A stretch of DNA of 64,000 nucleotides from positions 25,030 through 89,029 of the forward strand of contig JACREU010000006.1 of assembly GCA_016212705.1 (NCBI GenBank). The letters run 5' to 3'. The notes under the pieces are model-generated. The model was not told where the DNA came from and searched no databases. It saw only the letters and a list, made by a program, of their open reading frames with translations. Shown here piece after piece: positions 1-8,891 of the stretch. The stretch is from Deltaproteobacteria bacterium. GTDB lineage: Bacteria > Desulfobacterota > GWC2-55-46. Every line of letters begins with the position of its first letter. Positions within the stretch are counted from its first letter, which is position 1. A program made the position numbers and the translations under genes.

Positions 1-170
1 GCAAATCCTTGTCAAACCGCTGTAGATTCGATTTGCCCCAAAGACTCCGTTCAAGCCTTTGGCCCTGCGCCAAGCAGTCCTTGCAGGACGGGCAATTCCG
101 TATCGAACCGCCGAGGGTTGGTTATCCGAAGCCCCCGGCTTTCACCTCCGGCCATTCCGGACACAATTTC
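1..170 (-). repeat. ~90-bp dispersed repeat family, locus 1: two diverged tandem units, the first truncated by the window edge
   Basis: 77-153 aligns with the reverse complement of the tandem units at 59894-60073; in the best-conserved 34 nt I count 28 matches (GTCCTTGCAGGACGGGCAA..CGTATCGA core). 61-76 GGCCCTGCGCCAAGCA resembles the unit end GGCCCCGCGCCGAGCGG. Confidence 0.6.
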
Positions 171-305
171 CTCTTGCATTTCTCCTTCAAAAGGGTAAAA
201 TTGCTGTTTTACCGCGTGTCTGACCCCTTTAATGATGGGCCGTACAGACCCGCGCAAATGCTTTTTCAAGATAATACTCATTCCTTTACATACGCCAGGA
301 GACCC

Positions 306-635
306 ATGTTAGCGACGATCACCACGATAATCCATGTAATAGCGAGCATCATTATTATAATCGCCGTGCTCCTCCAGGTGGGCAAGGGGGCGTCCATCGG
401 ATCGACCTTCGGGGGCGCCTCAAGCCAGACGCTCTTCGGGAGCGCTGGACCCGCGACGATACTCACGAAGATCACTTACGCATGCGTCGCGATATTCATG
501 CTTACCTCGCTCTTCCTCACCTACACGTCCGGGAAGTCGAGGACGAAGTCGATAATGAGCGACGTGCCCTCAACAGCCGCGCCTTTGGAAGCGCCGGCTA
601 CCATGCCGCCGGCGGGGCTACCGGCGCAGAAGTAG
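306..635 (+). CDS. secG: preprotein translocase subunit SecG
   Basis: In-frame ATG at 306 inside ORF 9..635 gives 109 aa. Two hydrophobic helices flank the Gly-rich LLQVGKGASIGSTFGGASSQTLFG motif typical of SecG. The upstream 99 codons of the ORF model are not protein-like and overlap repeat locus 1. Confidence 0.85.
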   Translation: MLATITTIIHVIASIIIIIAVLLQVGKGASIGSTFGGASSQTLFGSAGPATILTKITYACVAIFMLTSLFLTYTSGKSRTKSIMSDVPSTAAPLEAPATMPPAGLPAQK

Positions 636-643
636 TTTTCAAA

Positions 644-683
644 ACAGGCCCCTTGCAGGCATTTGAAAAACGGGGCCTGTTTC
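644..683 (+). terminator. possible intrinsic terminator after secG
   Basis: ACAGGCCCC (644-652) pairs with GGGGCCTGT (672-680), followed by TT. The loop is long (19 nt), so this is weak. Confidence 0.4.
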
Positions 684-705
684 ATGGCAATTTGTTTGAT
701 ACCGC

Positions 706-735
706 TTGACTTGAATCGAAGGCTCGTGTTATTTT
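706..735 (+). promoter_or_regulatory. possible sigma70-type promoter for tRNA-Leu
   Basis: TTGACT (706-711), a 17-18 nt spacer, then TTATTT/TATTTT (729-735), about 65 nt upstream of the tRNA. Confidence 0.3.
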
Positions 736-800
736 AAAAAAAGTGCCGCCTCCCCGCGGCATTTGATTTCTCAAAAGGTTTCAATCCCTCGTTGCAGAAC

Positions 801-885
<85 letters not shown>

Positions 886-894
886 AATTTAAAA

Positions 895-940
895 AGCAAA
901 AAGGGCCAGCAGGTTTTTAAGCTGGCCCTTTTTGCTTTTA
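895..940 (+). terminator. intrinsic terminator after tRNA-Leu
   Basis: Perfect 16-bp stem AGCAAAAAGGGCCAGC (895-910) / GCTGGCCCTTTTTGCT (921-936), 10-nt loop, T-rich tail. Confidence 0.7.
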
Positions 941-1071
941 TATCCGATGTTGGGACTCGAACAACTTTCGAGCGCCGAGCAATTAGCGAGGAAAAGGCCT
1001 CAGGATGAGGCCGGAAGCGAGAAAGTCCGGGTCGGAGCGAAGAGACAGGATGTCGACGAGCGGAGACCTCA

Positions 1072-1104
1072 GAGTCCCCCCTTCGGCACCAAAATATAAA
1101 AAGC
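1072..1104 (+). repeat. duplicate of the tRNA-Leu 3-prime end (direct repeat of 866-897)
   Basis: GAGTCCCCCCTTCGGCACCAAA is identical at 866-887 and 1072-1093. Similarity continues into AAAAAGC. The 5-prime two thirds of a tRNA are absent at the second copy. Confidence 0.8.
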
Positions 1105-1129
1105 CGGACTGAAAAAGCCCGGCTTTTTT
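1098..1129. terminator. bidirectional hairpin terminator between the tRNA region and uvrD
   Basis: AAAAAGCCGG..CCGGCTTTTTT: a GCCGG/CCGGC stem with an A-run on one side and a T-run on the other, 53 nt past the uvrD stop. Confidence 0.55.
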
Positions 1130-1181
1130 ATTTTCATGACGGGACTCAACCAGCTACGCGCAGAGCCCGGAGAAGGATTCC

Positions 1182-3164
1182 TCAGCTCTGCACAGGGTTC
1201 AAAAGCCTTCTTATCGCCTCTATATGGTCTTTTGCCGTACCTGCCGGGATATATTCCTTCTTGGCTACGAACGCCTGGTCGATTTCCGATACGAACCTCG
1301 AAGGCAGTTGCGCGGAGACCTCCTTGCCCGCGCTACGGTGCTTGGCTGAAAGGAGGAAGAGGCGCCTCCTCGCCCGCGTCATACCCACATAGCAAAGCCT
1401 CCGCTCCTCTTCGACGGTCTCGTCGTCTATGGACCTCTTGTGCGGGAAGAGCCCCTCTTCCATCCCCACCATGAAGACGAATGGGAACTCGAGCCCCTTG
1501 GCGGAGTGTATGGTCATCAGAGTCACCCTGTTATGCTTGTCCTCAAGCTGGTCCGCGTCGCTCATTAACGATACGAGGTTCAGGTAATCGCCGAGGGTAG
1601 CCCTCGGGTGGTTCGTCTTGTAATTTTTGATGGACGCCACAAGGCCCTGGAGGTTCTTGACCCGCACGTCCGCCTCTTCGGTCTTTTTGGAGGCCCAGAA
1701 GTCCTCGTACCCGGTAATGTCGAGGACCCGTGCGACGAAATCGTGCAAGGGCGTCTCAGGCATCTCCCTCCGGAGCATCTCGAAGGTGCCTATAAAGTCG
1801 TTCGCGGAATCACCGAAGATATTGTCCCGCCTCCCCTTCCTGAACGCCTCGAAAAGCGTCAAGTCATGCGCGCCGCTTATCTTGTGTACCCTCTCAAGGG
1901 TGGCCTTTCCGATGCCCCTCGGCGGCACGTTCACTATCCTCAGAAAGTTGAGCGAGTCGTCCGGGTTGAGTATCGCCTTAAGGTAGGCGAGCGCGTCCTT
2001 TATCTCCCGCCTGTCAAAGAACTTGAAGCCGCCGATGATCGTATACGGTATGCCTTCCTCAAAGAACAACTCCTCGAATGCCCTCGACTGCGTGTTCGTC
2101 CTGTAAAGGATTGTGCAGTCCTTGAACCGGGCGGCCGCATCCGACGACATGAGTTTTTTGATGTTTTTGACGACAAACCGGGCCTCTTCCGTTTCGTTCA
2201 GGCATTCCTCGGCGATGACGGACTCCCCGAGGTCGTTTTGAGTCCAGAGGTTCTTTTCTATCCTGTCCTCGTTGTTCATGATGACGGAGTTGGCCGCGCC
2301 GAGGATGTTCCTTGTCGAGCGGTAGTTCTGCTCGAGCTTTACGGTAATCGCCTCGGGGTAGTCCTCCTTGAACCTGAGGATGTTCTCGATGGACGCCCCC
2401 CTCCATCCGTAGATCGACTGGTCCGGGTCGCCGACGGCGCAGAGGTTCGTCTGCCCGGATGAGAGGAGCTTCGTAAGTATGTACTGCGACCTGTTCGTGT
2501 CCTGGTACTCGTCGATCAATATGTACGAGAACTTCTCCCGGTACTTTTTGAGGATAAGCTCGTTTGACTGCAACAACTGTATGGGCTTGCAGATAAGGTC
2601 CCCGAAGTCCACGGCGTTCATGGAGGTGAGCTTCTTCTGATAGGCGCGGTATATCGGGGCGATGGCGGCCTTAAGGTCGGAATCGCTTTTTCTCGCGTAT
2701 TCATCAGGCGTAAGACAATTGTTCTTCGCGAGGTTTATCTCCCATATGACGGTCTTGTACGGCAGGTCCTTGTTGCTGATGGAGAGCTCGGACATCACAT
2801 AATTCACAAGGAGCGTCTGCTCTTCTTCGTCGTAGATAGTCAGGCTGGGCTTCAGGCCGAGGAGATGCGCCTCCTCCCTTATAATCCGGAGGCCGACGGT
2901 ATGGAACGTCCCTGCCCATATCTTCTCCGTCTTTTCCCCGATGAGCTTTTCAAGCCGCCCCTTTATCTCCTCAGCCGCCTTGTTCGTGAAGGTGACGGCG
3001 AGGATATTCTCGGGCAGGATTTTTCTGTCGATGACCAGATGGGCTATCCTGGAGGTAAGGACCTTTGTCTTGCCGCTACCGGCTCCGGCGAGCACGAGCA
3101 AAGGGCCCTTGCCGTATGTCGCGGCCTTGAGCTGTACGGGATTCAGTGACTTCAAATAATTCAT
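1182..3164 (-). CDS. uvrD: ATP-dependent DNA helicase, UvrD/PcrA/Rep family
   Basis: 660 aa. Walker A GAGSGKTKVLTSRIAHL, DEYQDT motif II, QNYRST, and TIHSAKGLEF...VGMTRA C-terminal helicase motifs. Confidence 0.92.
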   Translation of the reverse strand: MNYLKSLNPVQLKAATYGKGPLLVLAGAGSGKTKVLTSRIAHLVIDRKILPENILAVTFTNKAAEEIKGRLEKLIGEKTEKIWAGTFHTVGLRIIREEAHLLGLKPSLTIYDEEEQTLLVNYVMSELSISNKDLPYKTVIWEINLAKNNCLTPDEYARKSDSDLKAAIAPIYRAYQKKLTSMNAVDFGDLICKPIQLLQSNELILKKYREKFSYILIDEYQDTNRSQYILTKLLSSGQTNLCAVGDPDQSIYGWRGASIENILRFKEDYPEAITVKLEQNYRSTRNILGAANSVIMNNEDRIEKNLWTQNDLGESVIAEECLNETEEARFVVKNIKKLMSSDAAARFKDCTILYRTNTQSRAFEELFFEEGIPYTIIGGFKFFDRREIKDALAYLKAILNPDDSLNFLRIVNVPPRGIGKATLERVHKISGAHDLTLFEAFRKGRRDNIFGDSANDFIGTFEMLRREMPETPLHDFVARVLDITGYEDFWASKKTEEADVRVKNLQGLVASIKNYKTNHPRATLGDYLNLVSLMSDADQLEDKHNRVTLMTIHSAKGLEFPFVFMVGMEEGLFPHKRSIDDETVEEERRLCYVGMTRARRRLFLLSAKHRSAGKEVSAQLPSRFVSEIDQAFVAKKEYIPAGTAKDHIEAIRRLLNPVQS

Positions 3165-3185
3165 CTCGGCCTTTTTATAAGGCTA

Positions 3186-3315
3186 CTCTAAAAATTGTTC
3201 TTTTTCCTGACCTCTGCGTCAGGTCGGAAATAAAAATGCTCACATATTCCCATATATGCTGCGCTTTTTATTTCCGCCCTTCCTTGACCTCAGAAAAAAT
3301 TCCTAATTTTTAGAG
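3186..3315 (+). repeat. ~130-bp AT-rich imperfect-palindromic intergenic element, copy 1
   Basis: Terminal inverted repeat CTCTAAAAATT (3186-3196) / AATTTTTAGAG (3305-3315) and internal arm GGAAATAAAAA/TTTTTATTTCC. By eye about 85 percent identical to the reverse complement of 42489-42619. Confidence 0.8.
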
Positions 3316-3374
3316 ATAGCCTTAAATCACAGTTTGTCGTTACGAGGAGCGCGGTTGCGAATCACAATTAACAT

Positions 3375-3409
3375 TTAATGGATTCAGGTTTGTAACCTGA
3401 ATCCATTAA
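3375..3409 (-). terminator. perfect 16-bp hairpin downstream of the ABC-F gene
   Basis: TTAATGGATTCAGGTT (3375-3390), loop TGT, AACCTGAATCCATTAA (3394-3409). It lies 52 nt past the ABC-F stop; the tail is AT-rich but has no clean U-tract. Confidence 0.45.
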
Positions 3410-3460
3410 TTCGTGACCCGAATAATGTTTGTCGGGCTATTGAAATTTTATCAATCCTTA

Positions 3461-5353
3461 CTACGCCCCGGTTGACGCGTCTTTTATCGCCTGAAGCTCC
3501 TCCCACCTCGAGTAACACGCCTTAAGCGCGGCCTCCACCTCATCGAGGCGCGCCTTGACCTCCGCCGCCTTTTGCCCGCCCTGCCTGTAAAGGCCGGGGT
3601 CGGAGACGGCGCTGAAGAGCGCGGACTGTTCGGATTCGAGCGCCTCGATCCTGCCGGGCAGATCGCTCAGCTCGCGTTCTTCCTTAAAGCCCAGCTTTAC
3701 GGACCTGTCTTTTTTCGACTTCTCTTTTCTGGCCTTCTTCCCGCCCTTGTCCCCGGCTTCCTGCCTCTGGCGGAGCCAGTCGTCGTATCCGCCTATGTAT
3801 TCGTTCAATTCGTTGTTCTCAAATACCATCGTGCTCGTTACGACGTTATTAAGGAACGTCCTGTCATGGCTTACGAGGAGGACCGTCCCCGGGTATTCGG
3901 CGATGATCTCTTCGAGGAGGTCGAGCGTCTCTATGTCGAGGTCGTTAGTCGGCTCGTCCATGACGAGCAGGTTAGAGGGCCTGGCAAAGAGCTTCGCGAG
4001 GAGGAGCCTGTTCCTCTCGCCTCCTGAGAGCACCTTTACAGGGGTCCGCGCCCGGTCGGGCGTAAAGAGAAAGTCCTGGAGATAGCCGATCACGTGGCGG
4101 GGCCTGCCGTCTATTATTACCTGGTCGTTGCCGTCGGCGATATTGTCCTGCACCGTCCTCTCCTCATCGAGCACGGCCCGGAGCTGGTCGAAGTACGAGA
4201 CCTCAAGGCGCGTGCCGAGACGCACCGTGCCGGCCGTGGGTTCGAGCTTTCCGAGGAGGAGGTTCAGTAGCGTCGTCTTGCCGGAGCCGTTCGCCCCCAT
4301 GATGCCGACCTTGTCGCCTCTGATGATCACGGTTGAAAAGTCCTTGATGACCGGGCGGTCGTTATCGCCGTAGGAAAACCCTATCCCCTTCGCCTCTATG
4401 ACGAGCTTCCCGGAAATATCGGTCTCCTGCGACCTTATCCGGGCGCTGCCTTCGAGCTCGCGCCGCTCGCTACGCTCCCTCCTCATCTCGAGCAACGCCC
4501 TTACCCTGCCCTCGTTCCTGGTCCTCCGGGCCTTGACGCCCTGGCGCACCCATGCCTCTTCCTCAGAGAGTTTTTTGTCGAAGAGGGCGTTCTGCTGGGC
4601 CTCGGAATTGAGGAGGTTTTCCTTCCGCTTGAGGTACTCGCCGTAATCGCATTGCCAGTTCAGGAGACGCCCCCTGTCGAGCTCGATTATGCGCGTGGCG
4701 AGCCTCTGCATTAGCATCCTGTCGTGGGTCACGAACAGAAGCGTCCCCCTGTAACCTAAAAGGAACTCCTCGATCCAGTCGATCGCCTCCAGGTCGAGAT
4801 GGTTTGTCGGCTCGTCAAGGAGGAGGAGGTCCGGCTCGGCGACAAGGGCCCTTCCAAGGAGCACCCTTCTCTTATACCCGCCTGAGAGCTCTGAGAACTC
4901 CGCGTCAGCCGGGAGCTTAAGCCTTGAGATAACGGTTTCGACCTGCTGGGTAGAGAGCCACGCGCCTTTTGTCTCCAGTTCGTGATGTATCCGCTCGAAC
5001 TCCGCGAGGGCCTTTTCCCCGCCTGCCTCCAGGGCGGCAACCGCCGCGTGATACTCATTCATAAGCCCGTGCACGTCGCCGAGCCCGCCGGTTATGACGT
5101 CGAAGACGGTCCCTTTGAGGTCCTTCGGGATCTCCTGGGAGAGGACGGCGGCCTTTAGCCCCGGCGCGAAGGATATCTCTCCGCCGTCGGGCTGGACCTC
5201 GCCGCTTATAAGGCGCATGAGCGTCGATTTCCCGGCGCCGTTCCGCCCGACAAGGCAGACCCTCTCGCCTTTTTCTATCTGGAGGTCGATTGCTTCGAGG
5301 AGCCTCGGGCTCCCGAAACCGAGCGATATCTTTCTTAAATTTATTAAGGCCAT
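3461..5353 (-). CDS. ABC-F family ATPase (Uup-like), two ABC cassettes plus C-terminal coiled coil
   Basis: Two Walker A sites (GRNGAGKST, GANGSGKTT), two LSGG signatures, Lys/Glu-rich linker and tail. Start taken at MALINLRKISLGF (ATG 5353, AAAGGA 4 nt upstream). The ORF model extends to 5497. Confidence 0.88.
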   Translation of the reverse strand: MALINLRKISLGFGSPRLLEAIDLQIEKGERVCLVGRNGAGKSTLMRLISGEVQPDGGEISFAPGLKAAVLSQEIPKDLKGTVFDVITGGLGDVHGLMNEYHAAVAALEAGGEKALAEFERIHHELETKGAWLSTQQVETVISRLKLPADAEFSELSGGYKRRVLLGRALVAEPDLLLLDEPTNHLDLEAIDWIEEFLLGYRGTLLFVTHDRMLMQRLATRIIELDRGRLLNWQCDYGEYLKRKENLLNSEAQQNALFDKKLSEEEAWVRQGVKARRTRNEGRVRALLEMRRERSERRELEGSARIRSQETDISGKLVIEAKGIGFSYGDNDRPVIKDFSTVIIRGDKVGIMGANGSGKTTLLNLLLGKLEPTAGTVRLGTRLEVSYFDQLRAVLDEERTVQDNIADGNDQVIIDGRPRHVIGYLQDFLFTPDRARTPVKVLSGGERNRLLLAKLFARPSNLLVMDEPTNDLDIETLDLLEEIIAEYPGTVLLVSHDRTFLNNVVTSTMVFENNELNEYIGGYDDWLRQRQEAGDKGGKKARKEKSKKDRSVKLGFKEERELSDLPGRIEALESEQSALFSAVSDPGLYRQGGQKAAEVKARLDEVEAALKACYSRWEELQAIKDASTGA

Positions 5354-5567
5354 AGTCCTTTTCATTCCCCTGTATTTCAGACCCTTAATCTTAAGCTTTG
5401 CGACACGCAAAGACAAGGGCGAACTTGCGATAAACAGCGCCGTGCCTGAAATTATTCGGTGCGCCGCTCTCGCCAATAACCAGGCGCAACCCGGCATACC
5501 ACAAGGTCTTCTAATGCAGTTTTAAGGACCCCGATAGTATGATAAAATAAACTCCGAGGCAATCCAT

Positions 5568-6869
5568 ATGGTTATCCTTGTAACGATCATACTGTTCGCC
5601 GTAGCGCTGGCGATATTCATCCGACATGAGAAAAACAAACACGCCGTCGTCTCCGAGAAGGTCAAGGAGGCGATCGAATGCGGCACCTACGAGCCCATCT
5701 CACTCCACCCCTACATTGACCCTAACAAGTGCATCGGTAGCGGCGCGTGCGTCAAGGCCTGCCATGAGAAGGACGTCATCGGCCTCTCAAACGGCAAGGG
5801 GAGGCTTATAAACGCGTCGATGTGCGTGGGGCACGGCGCCTGCGCGCTCGCCTGCCCGGTTGGCGCGATAACGCTCGTCTTCGGCACCGCGAAAAGGGGG
5901 GTTGAGATACCTTATGTGGACCCGTACTTCGAGACTAACGTCAAGGGCATATACATAGCCGGCGAGCTCGGCGGCATGGGGCTTATAAGGAATTCACTCG
6001 TCCAGGGCATGCAGGCCATGAACAACATGGCGGAGAGCCTGAAGGAGGCGGGGCCTGCGCCCGCCGGTGCATACGATGTCCTAATCGTCGGCGCGGGGCC
6101 CGCAGGAATAGGCGCGACCCTGAAGGCCATGGAAAAAAAGCTTAGCTATATGCTCGTCGACCAGGACGAGTTCGGCGGCACGGTGGCCAACTTCCCTGTC
6201 CGCAAAATTGTTATGACCGCGCCCGTGGAACTCCCGTTGTACGGGAAGGTCCAGTTCAGGGAGACGACCAAAGAGACGATAATGGAGCTCTGGAACAAGA
6301 TCAGGCAGGAGACGGGGCTTAAAATAAACGCGAAGGAGAAGCTTACTGGCGTTGAGCGCCTGTCCGACGGGTTCAAGGTAAAGACCGCAGGCGGTGAATA
6401 CACTACGCGCAAGCTCCTCCTCTGCCTCGGCAGGAGGGGCACGCCGAGAAAACTCGGAGTACCCGGCGAAAGCCTGCCGAAGGTCTCCTACAGGCTCATA
6501 GACCCGGCACAGCACAAGAACGAAAAAGTGATAGTCGTGGGCGGAGGCGACAGCGCAGTTGAGGCCGCTATGGCCATCGCCGCCGAGGACAATGAAGTAA
6601 TACTCTCATATCGCAAGGACACCTTCGGCCGCATCAAGGCAGGCAACAAGACGCGCCTTGACGAGGCCGTTAAGAAGGGAGGCGTGAAGCTCGTCCTCAA
6701 TTCCAACGTGACCGAGATACTCCCGAAGGAAGCCAAGCTGGACGTCGCCGGGGCGGTCGAGACCGTCCCGAACGACTACATCTATGTGTTCGCCGGCGGC
6801 GAGCTCCCCAACGCATTCCTCAAATCCATAGGTCTTAAAATCGAAACCCATTACGGCATGCCATCGTAA
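5568..6869 (+). CDS. membrane-anchored 2x[4Fe-4S] ferredoxin domain fused to an FAD/NAD(P)-dependent oxidoreductase (thioredoxin-reductase-like fold)
   Basis: N-terminal TM helix; CIGSGACVKAC and CVGHGACALACP cluster motifs; GAGPAG and GGGDSAVE dinucleotide-binding motifs. Confidence 0.8.
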   Translation: MVILVTIILFAVALAIFIRHEKNKHAVVSEKVKEAIECGTYEPISLHPYIDPNKCIGSGACVKACHEKDVIGLSNGKGRLINASMCVGHGACALACPVGAITLVFGTAKRGVEIPYVDPYFETNVKGIYIAGELGGMGLIRNSLVQGMQAMNNMAESLKEAGPAPAGAYDVLIVGAGPAGIGATLKAMEKKLSYMLVDQDEFGGTVANFPVRKIVMTAPVELPLYGKVQFRETTKETIMELWNKIRQETGLKINAKEKLTGVERLSDGFKVKTAGGEYTTRKLLLCLGRRGTPRKLGVPGESLPKVSYRLIDPAQHKNEKVIVVGGGDSAVEAAMAIAAEDNEVILSYRKDTFGRIKAGNKTRLDEAVKKGGVKLVLNSNVTEILPKEAKLDVAGAVETVPNDYIYVFAGGELPNAFLKSIGLKIETHYGMPS

Positions 6870-8887
6870 TTTCTGTAGCGCGGCAGTATGTTGCCGCTCC
6901 CGGTCTTCCCGTGACAGCTCTCGCATTTCTTCGGCGTATCGGCGAATACCTTGGTGCTGTGGCACCTGATGCATTCCTTTACCGCGTGTTCCCTGACGAG
7001 CGGGAATGTCGTATCCCTGTCGTGGTCGAACGACGTCTTTTTCCAGCCCTCAGGCGTATGACACTTGTCGCATTTCGCGCCGAGCAGTTTTTCATGCGGG
7101 TCTTTTGGCCCGTGACAGCTGACGCACCCCTCGAACTTGAACTTCCCCGACTTGTGGCATTGCGAGCACCATACCTCGGCGTGCCTGCCGGCAAGCGCGT
7201 ATTTGGCCTCTTTACCGTGGTCGAAGACCTCGGACGGGACATTCCATGTGCTAGAGTCGCGGTCGTGGCAATCCGCGCATGTCTTTCCTTCGACCTTCTT
7301 CCTGTGGTCGTGGAAATGGCACCCCTCGCCGCCGCATGTCTTGTGCTCCAGGGGCTTCAAGTGCCCTTTTGCGTGGCACTTGGCGCATTCAACCTTCAGG
7401 TGCTTGCCCTTGAGCTCAAAGCCCGTTTTCACGGCATGATCGAAGTCCTTGTATATCCTCCAATTGAAGGACGCCTTGTCGTGGCATTCGAGGCAGGGTT
7501 TGTCCCCGGTCTGACCCTTGTGCCTGTCCCCGTGGCAGTTGGCGACACCACAGCTACCATGCTCCAGGGGCTTCAAATGCCCCTTCTTGTGGCATTTGCC
7601 ACACTCGAGTTTCGCGTGCCGCCCCTTCAGCTCAAATTCCGAGACCCTGGAATGGTCGAATATGCCCCGTATCTTCCAGGAGACGATGTCGTCCAGATGG
7701 CAAAAAGTGCACGCCTTGTTATTTGTCTGGCCTTTATGAAAATCCCCGTGACAGCTGGCAATACCGCAACTGCCGTGCTCCAGGGACTTGAACTTGCCGT
7801 TTACATGACACTTGGTACACTCGATCTGGTCGTGTCGGCCCCGGAGCCTGAAGTTCATCTTCCAGTGCTCGACCGTGTCCCTGGCGCTCCACGACTCTAT
7901 AGTTTTCGAGTGGCACTCCGTGCACTCCTTTTGACCGAATTGCCCCTTGTGCCTGTCCCCGTGGCAGTTGGCGGCGCCGCAAGTCGAGTGCTCCAGGGGC
8001 TTGAACCGCTTGTTAACATGGCATTTGGCGCAGACGAGCTTCGCATGCTTTCCCTTGAGTACAAAGGACGCGACCGAATGGTCGAAAGAGTCGGATAAGT
8101 CCCATTTTTCCATCGTGCTCTTGTGGCACTCGGTGCACTCTCTTCTACCGAACTGGCCCTTGTGTTTGTCTCCGTGGCAGTCGGAGGTGCCGCAACTATT
8201 GTACTCCAGCTTGAAACGCCCGTTCACATGGCATTTAGCGCATGAGAGCTTTGTGTGGGCCCCTTTAAGGGTAAATCTGCTGTCCTTGTCGTGGCTGAAT
8301 TTCAGCTTCTCCTTCCACCCCTCCGGCTCGTGGCACTTCGCGCAGTCGGTCCCGAGCTGTTTTTCGTGCTTGTCCTTGTGGCACGATACGCATTCCCTTA
8401 CCTGGCCCGAGTAGACGCCCTGCGTTTTATGGCACTTCCTGCACTCAAGCGCGGTATGCTTGCCCTTGAGGATAAAGCCCGTAAGGTCGTGCTTGAACTC
8501 CTTCTCTTTTATATTTATGAGGCTGTGGTCTTTCCCCTGGTGCTCGGCGTGGCAAGTTATGCAGGGGTCCTTGAAGCGCGCGTGCACGCCCTCGTTCCTA
8601 TTTATGCGCTCGGCGAGATTATCGTGGCACTCCAGGCACTTCGCGTCTGTGACGCCGCTACCCACGGTGTGGCATAGGGTGCAGTTTCCCATGCCTTCGT
8701 ATTTGGCGTGTTTTTTCGAAAGCTCGCCGGGGCTGAATAGCCAGCCCGTCGTGTCGGCCCCGATGGCGCTGGCCGGCGAGATGCAAGCGAACGCGCAGAG
8801 GACGAGCGCCGCCAATATGAAAGGACGCATCGGCAGTCCGTTCAGAATAACCCTGCCGTGCACTCCATTGAAGGGCTTTTTCGGCAT
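6851..8887 (-). CDS. multihaem c-type cytochrome with 26 haem-binding motifs, built from tandem c7/c3-like trihaem modules
   Basis: 21 CXXCH plus 5 CX4CH (CGTSDCH, CGAANCH, CGIASCH, CGVANCH, CGGEGCH) in 678 aa. Signal peptide MRPFILAALVLCAFACISPASA. An alternative start at 8830 would begin at that signal peptide. Confidence 0.9.
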   Translation of the reverse strand: MPKKPFNGVHGRVILNGLPMRPFILAALVLCAFACISPASAIGADTTGWLFSPGELSKKHAKYEGMGNCTLCHTVGSGVTDAKCLECHDNLAERINRNEGVHARFKDPCITCHAEHQGKDHSLINIKEKEFKHDLTGFILKGKHTALECRKCHKTQGVYSGQVRECVSCHKDKHEKQLGTDCAKCHEPEGWKEKLKFSHDKDSRFTLKGAHTKLSCAKCHVNGRFKLEYNSCGTSDCHGDKHKGQFGRRECTECHKSTMEKWDLSDSFDHSVASFVLKGKHAKLVCAKCHVNKRFKPLEHSTCGAANCHGDRHKGQFGQKECTECHSKTIESWSARDTVEHWKMNFRLRGRHDQIECTKCHVNGKFKSLEHGSCGIASCHGDFHKGQTNNKACTFCHLDDIVSWKIRGIFDHSRVSEFELKGRHAKLECGKCHKKGHLKPLEHGSCGVANCHGDRHKGQTGDKPCLECHDKASFNWRIYKDFDHAVKTGFELKGKHLKVECAKCHAKGHLKPLEHKTCGGEGCHFHDHRKKVEGKTCADCHDRDSSTWNVPSEVFDHGKEAKYALAGRHAEVWCSQCHKSGKFKFEGCVSCHGPKDPHEKLLGAKCDKCHTPEGWKKTSFDHDRDTTFPLVREHAVKECIRCHSTKVFADTPKKCESCHGKTGSGNILPRYRNYDGMP

Positions 8888-8891
8888 CCTT

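Noticed and set aside
51-281. Minus-strand small ORF with a good GAAGGAG site (MQEEIVSGMAGGESRGL...).
   Set aside because: It lies entirely within units of the 90-bp repeat family and has no recognisable features, so it is probably fortuitous. It is kept as a note under the finding for 1-305.
9-305. N-terminal extension of the secG ORF. Similar extensions occur at 18367..18612 (hemY), 45352..45495 (iscR), 47200..47247 (nifU), 61335..61637 (DUF62), 61300..61494 (HD-GYP), 62869..62925, 22865..22951 and 30380..30415.
   Set aside because: In each case the conserved family N-terminus, often with a good ribosome-binding site, starts at an internal start codon. The upstream part overlaps a neighbouring gene or repeat and is not protein-like.
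1011-1035. AGAAAGTCCGGG resembles the conserved GAGGAAAGUCCGGGC core of RNase P RNA.
   Set aside because: Only about 200 nt of non-coding sequence are available, and none of the other conserved RNase P regions (GGUAAGAGCGCACC, ACAGAACCCGGCUUA) are present. I treat the match as chance.
886-1071. A possible integrated genomic island or a second tRNA between the duplicated tRNA-Leu ends.
   Set aside because: The interval is under 200 bp with no integrase or cargo. The candidate GCCGGAAG...CTTCGGCACCA segment lacks D, anticodon and T stems. I report it only as a scar or duplication.
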